Origin: an uncultured Clostridia bacterium
GTDB taxonomy: Bacteria; Bacillota; Clostridia; TANB77; CAG-508
Direction of reading: 5' to 3'
Length of the DNA stretch: 64,000 bases
Assembly (NCBI GenBank): GCA_934162535.1
Contig: CAKPJC010000010.1
Coordinates: forward strand, 797 to 64,796
Shown here: positions 56,837 to 64,000 of the stretch, in pieces
Layout of the letters: each line of letters opens with the position of its first letter
Numbering within the stretch: position 1 is the stretch's first letter
Made by a program: the position numbers and the translations under genes
Notes under the pieces: generated by a model
What the model saw: the letters and a program-made list of their open reading frames with translations, nothing else
Databases searched by the model: none
What the model was told of the DNA's origin: nothing

Positions 56837-57658
56837 TTATATAAATATTATGTTCTTTTTTCCTCTTGCTCCAATTCCATTTACTCCCTTTTTTCCGTCT
56901 CTCAATTCTTCGACAAAATCATCAATTGTAATATATTTATTTTTATCTGTAAATGCCACACTTTTTGCTACAATTAATGGGTCAAGAAAGTCAATTAGTA
57001 TTCTTGCTGGTGATGATGCAAAATTTGCACCTGCATCCATTATTGCTTCAAAATAACTTTGACATGCTCCTGCAAATATTACTAAGTTATTGTTATGTGC
57101 CATATCATATTTTCTAGCCTCTTTTACTGTTTGTATAAAATATTTTGAATTTCTGTAATTAAATAAATCTCTATAATCTGCTCCACTTTTTATCATTCCA
57201 TCATGTCCTGTTATTACTAATATGTCTGGATTATATATATTTAATAGTCTATATACAACTTTAGGTTGTTTATTTTCTGGAATGTTTCTTACAATTGCGT
57301 TTAAACCCATCTTATTGTAATATAATACCGATTTTTCGCTATATCTTTTATCTCCATCTAAATGTAATATTTTCCCCGTATAAATTATCTTTTTTCTTCT
57401 TTTTTCTTCTTGTGTTTTTTCTCTTTTTATTCTATTATATATCTTTTCTGTTAGTTCTTCTTCACACCTTTTTTTCTCTTTTGAACTTAATTTTTTTAAA
57501 TCTTCCACTGGTGCATCTGCAACAATCCTTGTATTTATTCCTTTTAATATAGCAATTCTTTTTTGATTCACTAATTTATTGATTTCTTTTACATAGAATA
57601 TTATGTCGTTCCCATATGATTTTCGACTTACTATATCACCTTTTTTTATTTCTTTCAT
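56837..57658 (-). CDS. yabG: Sporulation-specific protease YabG.
   Basis: MKEIKKGDIVSRKSYGNDIIF.., ..LHLDGD.., ..PDILVITGHDG.., ..VIFAGACQSYFEAIMDAGANFASSP... Start at ATG 57658; the 84-aa upstream extension in the track is unlikely to be real. Confidence 0.88.
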   Translation of the reverse strand: MKEIKKGDIVSRKSYGNDIIFYVKEINKLVNQKRIAILKGINTRIVADAPVEDLKKLSSKEKKRCEEELTEKIYNRIKREKTQEEKRRKKIIYTGKILHLDGDKRYSEKSVLYYNKMGLNAIVRNIPENKQPKVVYRLLNIYNPDILVITGHDGMIKSGADYRDLFNYRNSKYFIQTVKEARKYDMAHNNNLVIFAGACQSYFEAIMDAGANFASSPARILIDFLDPLIVAKSVAFTDKNKYITIDDFVEELRDGKKGVNGIGARGKKNIIFI

Positions 57659-57788
57659 ATATTTTACCTCATATTTCAGGCTACTATAATATATGCGAAA
57701 AAGATGTTTTATGACATTTTCAGACACTTTACTTATCACATTTTCCGTGATATAATTGATGTGTAAAAATAAAAAAGGAGGTATATTT

Positions 57789-58319
57789 ATGAAACAACCT
57801 AATGAAGATCTTGCAGAAAATAAAGTGCTTATATTATACATATTAAATAAACTTCTTGATGGAATAAAAAGTGATAACTTATATAAAATAGTTTCATCAA
57901 CAAATAGCATTAACTATTTTTATTTTCAAGAATTATTAACAGATTTGATTGATACAAATCTAGTTGGTTCATTCACAAAAGACGAAGATACATTTATAAA
58001 AATAACCTCAGATGGTCAAAACGCATTATCACTTACAAAGTCTCTTTTACCTGGAATTGTAAAATTAAAAGCTGATAATGTCTTCAAAGAAGAAGTCTCA
58101 ATAATCGCAGAAGAATCTTCTATAGTCACAGAATACACTCCAAAAGATGAAAATAGCTACACTGTCACATGTAAAATCATCGAAAAAAATGACGTTATTT
58201 TTGAAGTTTCAACTTTTGCAGGAACAAGAGAAAGAGCAAAACAAATTTCTGACAACTGGAAAAGCCATGCTGAAGAAATATACCCTAAAATAATAAAACT
58301 ACTTTTAGATGGAGAATAA
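57789..58319 (+). CDS. DUF4364-family protein (PadR-like winged helix).
   Basis: ..NKVLILYILNKL..SDNLYKIV.....YFYFQELLTDLIDTNLV... Start at ATG 57789 with AAAGGAGG RBS. Its position next to yabG is typical. Confidence 0.7.
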   Translation: MKQPNEDLAENKVLILYILNKLLDGIKSDNLYKIVSSTNSINYFYFQELLTDLIDTNLVGSFTKDEDTFIKITSDGQNALSLTKSLLPGIVKLKADNVFKEEVSIIAEESSIVTEYTPKDENSYTVTCKIIEKNDVIFEVSTFAGTRERAKQISDNWKSHAEEIYPKIIKLLLDGE

Positions 58320-58320
58320 T

Positions 58321-58959
58321 ATGAATAAAAAAGATATAAATTCATTTATAGATATTTTAAAAGCTACATATCCTGATGCGACATGTAGCTTAGATTTTGA
58401 AACACCTTTCCAACTCGTAGTAGCTGTTATGCTATCTGCGCAATGTACTGATGAAAGAGTTAATAAAACAACCCCTATTCTTTTTGAAAGATGTAAAACT
58501 ATTGAGGATTTTGCAAACATAAATATTAGTGATTTGGAAAAAATAGTCCACCCATGTGGATTTTATAAAAACAAAGCAAAAAATATTAAGAAATGTGCAA
58601 AACAAATATTAGAAGATTTTAATGGAAATGTTCCTGAAAATATGGAAGATTTATTAGAATTAGCTGGTATTGGTAGAAAAAGTGCTAATGTAATTATGCT
58701 TGAAGCTTTTGGTATAGCAAATGGCATAGCCGTTGATACACATGCTAAAAGAATTTCTAATAGAATTGGTTTCTCTTCTGAAAATGACCCTGAAAAAATT
58801 GAAAAAGATTTGTTGAAAATCTTCCCAAATGATACATTAAAAGATATAAATCATCTATTGGTTTGGCACGGTCGTAATACATGTGATTCACGCAAGCCAA
58901 AATGTGATATTTGCACAGTTAAGAAATATTGTAATTATTATTCAAAAAGTAAAAATTAA
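58321..58959 (+). CDS. nth: Endonuclease III.
   Basis: ..PFQLVVAVMLSAQCTD.., HhH LLELAGIGRKSANVIM, ..VDTH.., 4Fe-4S CDSRKPKCDICTVKKYC. Confidence 0.93.
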   Translation: MNKKDINSFIDILKATYPDATCSLDFETPFQLVVAVMLSAQCTDERVNKTTPILFERCKTIEDFANINISDLEKIVHPCGFYKNKAKNIKKCAKQILEDFNGNVPENMEDLLELAGIGRKSANVIMLEAFGIANGIAVDTHAKRISNRIGFSSENDPEKIEKDLLKIFPNDTLKDINHLLVWHGRNTCDSRKPKCDICTVKKYCNYYSKSKN

Positions 58960-59023
58960 TTTTTTGCTTTTTTGTATATTTTATTAAAATTTGAGCATAC
59001 TTTTTTATTAAGAGGTGGTATCT

Positions 59024-59155
59024 TTGACTAATATAAATTGTTCATCAAATTGTATTTACCAAATTGATGGAAAATGTTGTTATGATATTATTTCTAATTC
59101 AATTCTATGCACTAATTCGGAGTGTGCATATTATCAAAAGCCAATTCAAGAGTAG
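59024..59155 (+). CDS. Small Cys-rich protein (43 aa, TTG start), absent from the ORF track; DUF1540-like pattern.
   Basis: AGAGGTGG RBS 5-6 nt before the TTG. Product: MTNINCSSNCIYQIDGKCCYDIISNSILCTNSECAYYQKPIQE (7 Cys). A terminator hairpin follows. Confidence 0.5.
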   Translation: MTNINCSSNCIYQIDGKCCYDIISNSILCTNSECAYYQKPIQE

Positions 59156-59172
59156 CTTGATTGGCTTTTCAT
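59137..59172. terminator. Bidirectional hairpin between the small ORF and spoIIP.
   Basis: AAAAGCCAATTCAAG-AGTAG-CTTGATTGGCTTTT, with one bulge. Confidence 0.6.
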
Positions 59173-59177
59173 ATGTT

Positions 59178-60305
59178 TTATAATTCTGACATTATTTTTG
59201 ATAAATATTTCATACTTGTAAGACATTGGTCTAATGTGTTTCCTGTTGCACCTACTTCTATAATACATGCAGCTTTTCCAAGGTGCTGATTATATCTTGA
59301 ATTTCTTACTATAATTGGTTTAAGTAGTCCTGGATACATTTCATTTGCCTTTTGTTGTACTTTTATTGCAAATTGTAAATTTGATTGCCATTGGGGATGA
59401 TATAAGCCCCCACCATTTGTGCCTATTACAAACATCAATTTTGCAACTTCATCTTCTCCAATTTTTACGCTTGGATCATAATTACTTTTACTACCAATTG
59501 CATCTCTATGTAGGTCTATTATAATGTCACTTTTATTATTTTTTAATAAGTTCTCAACGGTTTCTTTTGACCTGGTATATGAACCTGTGTATGCAGGATA
59601 ATCATGATATGTTTTGTCATGTATTACATTAAAATTATATGATTTTAAATATTTTTCAAGTTCATCTCCAACTCTTGCAACTGAATAGTTTAAGTCTGTT
59701 GTTCTATAATTTCCTGTTTGTTCATATGGATATTTTTCACTTGGAGTGTAACTTTCACATGTATGTGTGTGAAAAATTGCTACAGTTGTTTTGTCAATAT
59801 CAATTTCATTATTCATGATATTTTCATTTATCTCAAATGATGTTTCGTTTCTTATTTTTACCCCATTTATCTCTATATTACTGTTTTCTACTATTGGATT
59901 TTTGGTTATTGTTTGCGTTTCAGCATTTTCTGGTACTGTAAAGTTTTCCTCTTTCTCTTCTTCTTGAATTATCTCTTCTTGTGGCTCGTTTTCACTAATT
60001 TGGCTCTTTTTTTCTTGTATTTTTGCAAGTTCCATACTTAATATTCTACTTGCCATACTGTAATTTTCATCTTCTTCTGTTTCTTCTTTTATTTCTGTTG
60101 TGTTTATATTATTTAAACTGTCTATTGCAGGTATTTCTTTGCTTAAACATTGTGTTAATTTTTCTGAAATATTTGTCTGTATTATTTTGTTATTTTTTAA
60201 TTTTGATATTCCTTGTACAGCAAAATATATTATCATCAAAGATATTAATAATGTAATTATATATTTTGTGGTATTTTTTATATTTATTATTGTAACATTA
60301 AACAT
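59178..60305 (-). CDS. spoIIP: Stage II sporulation protein P.
   Basis: N-terminal TM; ..VAIFHTHTCESY.., ..IIDLHRDA.., ..IIEVGATGNTL... Confidence 0.9.
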   Translation of the reverse strand: MFNVTIINIKNTTKYIITLLISLMIIYFAVQGISKLKNNKIIQTNISEKLTQCLSKEIPAIDSLNNINTTEIKEETEEDENYSMASRILSMELAKIQEKKSQISENEPQEEIIQEEEKEENFTVPENAETQTITKNPIVENSNIEINGVKIRNETSFEINENIMNNEIDIDKTTVAIFHTHTCESYTPSEKYPYEQTGNYRTTDLNYSVARVGDELEKYLKSYNFNVIHDKTYHDYPAYTGSYTRSKETVENLLKNNKSDIIIDLHRDAIGSKSNYDPSVKIGEDEVAKLMFVIGTNGGGLYHPQWQSNLQFAIKVQQKANEMYPGLLKPIIVRNSRYNQHLGKAACIIEVGATGNTLDQCLTSMKYLSKIMSEL

Positions 60306-60372
60306 ATTTTTCTCCTTGTCCTATTGCTCCTATATATAGTATATGCTCAATGTTACAATTTTAGAACTCATT

Positions 60373-61020
60373 TTACAATAGTCTTGGCTTTAGTTCTAAA
60401 TATATTGGTTTTTCCTCTCTAATCATTGTGCTTTTTCCATGTCCAGTATATACAATTGTTTGATCTGGTAATACCATTAGTTTTTTTGTTATGGAGTTTA
60501 TTATGTCATTGAAGTCTCCTGTAGGTACATCTGTTCTACCCCATGTTCCTCTAAAAAGTGTGTCTCCAGAAAATAACAATCCATCTGATTCGCAATATAA
60601 GCATGAACCTCCCGATGTATGACCTGGTGTGTGTAATACTTTAAATTCTAAATTTCCTAAGTGTATTAAATCTCCATCATCAACTCTTGCATCTACTTCA
60701 ATTGTTAAGTTTGGAAATCCTATATAGTTTGTTAGACTTATATTTGGGTCTAATAAATTTTCTGCACATATTCTGTGTGCAACTATTTTTCCACCGCATT
60801 TCTCTTTTAATTCTTTTACTCCACCTATATGATCCCCATGACAATGTGTTATATATATATATTTAAGTTTTCCTTGTAATATTTCTAGCATTTCAACAAT
60901 TTTGTCTACATCTCCTGCTGGGTCTATTACCATTGTTTCTTTTGAGTTTTCATCTTGAATAATATAACAATTTGTTACATCTCCTGCCCATGCATCAATC
61001 TTTAGTTCTTTTAGTATCAT
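60373..61020 (-). CDS. MBL-fold metallo-hydrolase (glyoxalase II-like).
   Basis: THCHGDHIGG, ..HTPGHTSG.., ..SGDTLF.., ..GHG... Confidence 0.85.
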   Translation of the reverse strand: MILKELKIDAWAGDVTNCYIIQDENSKETMVIDPAGDVDKIVEMLEILQGKLKYIYITHCHGDHIGGVKELKEKCGGKIVAHRICAENLLDPNISLTNYIGFPNLTIEVDARVDDGDLIHLGNLEFKVLHTPGHTSGGSCLYCESDGLLFSGDTLFRGTWGRTDVPTGDFNDIINSITKKLMVLPDQTIVYTGHGKSTMIREEKPIYLELKPRLL

Positions 61021-61039
61021 TTTTATCTATCCCTTTCTT

Positions 61040-63247
61040 TTACTTCTTCCTATTTACTTCATAGACACTATCTACTTTTCTTAGTTCTTTTACTATTTTA
61101 TTCATTGATTCTAAGCTATCAACTTCTAGTGTCACTTTTGTTATGGCTGTTCTATCTTTTGCTGTTTTTGCACTTATTGTTAGTAATTTTTCTTTTGATT
61201 CGTTTATTTTTTGAACTATGTCTGCTAGTAATCCTTGTCTATCATTTGCTAATATTTCTATTTCTACTGTGTATTTAGCTTTCTCTTCTTCTGCCCAAGA
61301 TACTTCAATTATACGATTTTCTTCTTTTAATAATTCATTTACATTTACACAATCCTTTCTGTGTACAGAAACTCCCCTTCCTTTTGTTATATATCCTACA
61401 ATCTCATCTCCCGGAAGCGGATTACAACATTTTGATAGTTTTACAAGGCAATTGTCAATTCCTTTTACTACTATTCCTAGATTAGATATTTTGTTTTTTG
61501 TTGGTTTTCTCGTTGCAAGTTCTTCTATTTTTTCTTCTATTTTCTCTTCTTCTTTGTGTTCTTTTCTGTACTCAATTAACATTCTAGCAATTATTTTTGT
61601 TGCAGATATTGTTCCAAATCCCGTAGATGCATACATTTCATCAAGGTTTTTGAATTTATATCTTTCTAACATAGGATTAATATATTCTATTTTAAATAAG
61701 TCTGCATAGTCTATTCCAATTCTTTTTAGCTCTCTTTCTATTGCTTCTTTTCCTTTTTCTATGTTTTCTGCTTTTCTTTCTTTTTTGAACCATTGTTGAA
61801 TTCTGTTTTTAGCACTTGTGCTTTTTACAAATTTTAGCCAGTCCAAACTTGGTCCCTTTGAATTTTCTGATGTTATTATTTCTACAATATCGCCATTTTT
61901 TATTGGTGTTATAATTGGCACCATTTTACTGTTTATTTTGGCACCTGTCATATGATTACCTATTTCTGCATGAATGCTATATGCAAAGTCTATAGGTGTT
62001 GCACCTCTTGGCAATACTTTTATTGTTCCTTTAGGTGTGAATACATATACTTCATCTTCAAATAATTCTGTTTTTAATGTTTCTAGAAATTCTTGTGGGT
62101 CTTGCAATTCTTGTTGCCATTCAAGTGTTTCTCTAAGCCATGCAAGCTTGTCCTCATTTACATTTACAACTTGTTGTCCTTTTTTGCTTCCATAATTTGC
62201 TTCTTTATATGCCCAATGTGCTGCTATACCATATTCTGCAACTTTATGCATATCCCACGTTCTTATCTGCACTTCAAACGGTGTTCCCTTTTCTCCTAAA
62301 AGTGTTGTATGTATTGATTGATACATATTTGCTTTTGGAACAGCAATATAGTCCTTAAATCTTCCTGGCATTGGACTATACATTTCATGTACAACTCCAA
62401 GTGAAGCATAACAGTCTTTTACAGAGTTTACAATTATTCTTAGTGCAAATAGGTCATATATTTGGTCAAGTGTTTTGTTGTCTCTCATCATTTTTCTATA
62501 TATACTATATAAGTGTTTTGCTCTTCCTGTTACTTCTGCTTCTATATGTTGCTTTTTTAGTTGTACTTTTATGTCTTTTATTATTTTTTCAATAAATTTT
62601 AGTCTTTCTTCTCTTTTTTGTTCTATACCTTTTACAAGTTCATTGAATTCTTTTGGATATAAATATTGAAATCCTAAGTCTTCTAGTTCCCATTTCATTG
62701 AATACAATCCAAGTCTATTAGCTAATGGTGCATATAATTGCATTGTTTCTTGTGATATTGCTATTTGTCTATCTGGTCTTAAGAATTCTAGTGTTCTCAT
62801 ATTGTGTAATCTGTCTGCAAGTTTTATAATTATGACTCTTATGTCTTTTCCCATTGCTAAAAACATTTTTCTATAGTTTTCTACTTGATGCTCTTCAAGA
62901 CTTGCATATTGTATTTTTTTTAATTTTGTTACTCCATCTACCATTTCTGCTATTTCTTGTCCGAATTCTGCAACTATGTCTTCAAATGTTGCATCAGTAT
63001 CTTCTACAACATCATGTAGCAATGCTGCACATATTGTTTGCTCGTCTAATCCAAGCTCTGCAATTGTGTATGCAACATTTACTGGATGAACTATATATGG
63101 TTCCCCTGATTTTCTCTTTTGGTCTCCATGATGGCTTACTGCATAATTGTATGCTCTTTGTATTAGTTTCGTGTCTGGCCATCTTTTGTTCTTTTTTACT
63201 TTATCTAATATTTGTTTTATTGTGCTGTTTTTTTCCACAACGCTCAC
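61040..63247 (-). CDS. relA: Bifunctional (p)ppGpp synthetase/hydrolase, Rel/SpoT family.
   Basis: HD domain ..LLHDVVEDT.., synthetase ..RFKDYIAVPKANMYQSIHTT.., and TGS and ACT regions. Confidence 0.95.
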   Translation of the reverse strand: MSVVEKNSTIKQILDKVKKNKRWPDTKLIQRAYNYAVSHHGDQKRKSGEPYIVHPVNVAYTIAELGLDEQTICAALLHDVVEDTDATFEDIVAEFGQEIAEMVDGVTKLKKIQYASLEEHQVENYRKMFLAMGKDIRVIIIKLADRLHNMRTLEFLRPDRQIAISQETMQLYAPLANRLGLYSMKWELEDLGFQYLYPKEFNELVKGIEQKREERLKFIEKIIKDIKVQLKKQHIEAEVTGRAKHLYSIYRKMMRDNKTLDQIYDLFALRIIVNSVKDCYASLGVVHEMYSPMPGRFKDYIAVPKANMYQSIHTTLLGEKGTPFEVQIRTWDMHKVAEYGIAAHWAYKEANYGSKKGQQVVNVNEDKLAWLRETLEWQQELQDPQEFLETLKTELFEDEVYVFTPKGTIKVLPRGATPIDFAYSIHAEIGNHMTGAKINSKMVPIITPIKNGDIVEIITSENSKGPSLDWLKFVKSTSAKNRIQQWFKKERKAENIEKGKEAIERELKRIGIDYADLFKIEYINPMLERYKFKNLDEMYASTGFGTISATKIIARMLIEYRKEHKEEEKIEEKIEELATRKPTKNKISNLGIVVKGIDNCLVKLSKCCNPLPGDEIVGYITKGRGVSVHRKDCVNVNELLKEENRIIEVSWAEEEKAKYTVEIEILANDRQGLLADIVQKINESKEKLLTISAKTAKDRTAITKVTLEVDSLESMNKIVKELRKVDSVYEVNRKK

Positions 63248-63266
63248 ACCCCTTTTGTCATTATTT

Positions 63267-64000
63267 CTATAATGACTTCATTATATCCTTTATATTTATT
63301 TGTATATTTTCTACTCCATTAAATGTATTTATCTCTAGGTTTCCAGCAACATCTACTTTATCTCCTATTCTGTATTCGTTTGCTAGTTCTCCCAAATTGA
63401 ATCCTATAGCATTTACAATATTTTTGTTGTCTTTTAATGTTAGTTTTAAATGTTTGCCTTCTGATAGTGCTCTTATTGAATCTATTTTTAAGTTTCTAAA
63501 TACAAATATAGGCATTTTATTTGCCTCTCCATATGGTTCTAATTCTTTTAAGCTTCCTACCATTTCTTTATTTATATCATCAAGATATATCTGTGCATCC
63601 ACTTTTAGTATTGGCACTATCTCTCTGATGTTTTTTTCTTCTGCTATGTTTTCTATTTTATTTCTAAATTTCTCAAAATCATCTTTTTTTATGTTTATTC
63701 CTATTGCCATCGAATGTCCACCAAATCTGTCTATATGTTCTTTACAATTTGTCAGTGCTTCATATAAGTCAAATCCTGGTATGCTTCTTCCTGAGCCTTT
63801 TGCGTTTTCTTCTTCTTCACATAATAGTATGCTTGGCTTGAAGTATAGTTCTGTTATTTTTGAGGCTACTATTCCTATTACTCCATGATGCCAATTTTTT
63901 TTCATTATTACTATTGTGTTTTTATTGTATAGCTTTTCTTTTTCTATTTCTTCTACTGCTTCATTATATATATTTTTTTCTGTCTCTTGCCTTATTTTAT
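63267..64000 (-). CDS. recJ: Single-stranded-DNA-specific exonuclease RecJ, C-terminal part. The gene continues beyond the right edge of the window.
   Basis: ..WHHGVIGIVASKI.., ..GSGRSIPGFDLY.., ..FGGHSMAIG.. (DHHA1). The frame stays open upstream of the listed Met to position 64000. Confidence 0.85.
   Translation of the reverse strand, partial: KIRQETEKNIYNEAVEEIEKEKLYNKNTIVIMKKNWHHGVIGIVASKITELYFKPSILLCEEEENAKGSGRSIPGFDLYEALTNCKEHIDRFGGHSMAIGINIKKDDFEKFRNKIENIAEEKNIREIVPILKVDAQIYLDDINKEMVGSLKELEPYGEANKMPIFVFRNLKIDSIRALSEGKHLKLTLKDNKNIVNAIGFNLGELANEYRIGDKVDVAGNLEINTFNGVENIQINIKDIMKSL

Overview
Very AT-rich chromosomal segment from a spore-forming Firmicute, Clostridia-like judging by yabP-yabQ-divIC, sigK, spoIIP, yabG, cwlJ-gerQ and veg. 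Hand-counted housekeeping blocks are about 27% GC. Nearly all genes lie on the minus strand.

Core content: rho; divIC-yabQ-yabP; def-priA; rpoZ-remA-yicC; rsmE; the glycolytic operon gap-pgk-tpiA-gpmI-eno; sigK; mnmA; a DtxR-like regulator with sufCBD-sufS-sufU; pta plus two tandem ackA paralogs; dgkA and a GT51 transglycosylase; cwlJ-gerQ; trmB; RNase P RNA (rnpB); veg; yabG; nth; spoIIP; relA; and the 3' part of recJ.

Accessory or unusual content:
1. At the left edge, a 1.2-kb nearly pure A/T non-coding tract with spaced repeats, a frameshifted RhuM-Fic/Doc gene bracketed by 45-nt direct repeats, and an insulated five-ORF operon of proteins I cannot assign to any family (2530-7369). This operon is my best candidate for an undescribed system.
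2. A pilin-signal BspA-type LRR protein, a Wzy_C/O-antigen-ligase-like membrane protein and a GT2, inserted where coaBC normally sits between rpoZ and priA. This may be a protein O-glycosylation module.
3. A second, cytoplasmic LRR protein made of fifteen near-identical 66-bp repeats.
4. A roughly 45% GC lipoprotein cassette, with its own promoter and terminator, that splits sufS from sufU.
5. A YezG-like immunity gene embedded between gpmI and eno.
6. A Doc-type Fic protein with Gln in place of the catalytic His.
7. A dispersed palindromic element showing a compensatory base-pair change.
8. Several smaller oddities.

All protein calls rest on motifs I recognise by eye. No database search, HMM or folding calculation was run. 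Coordinates of starts, promoters and hairpins were derived by hand from the sequence.
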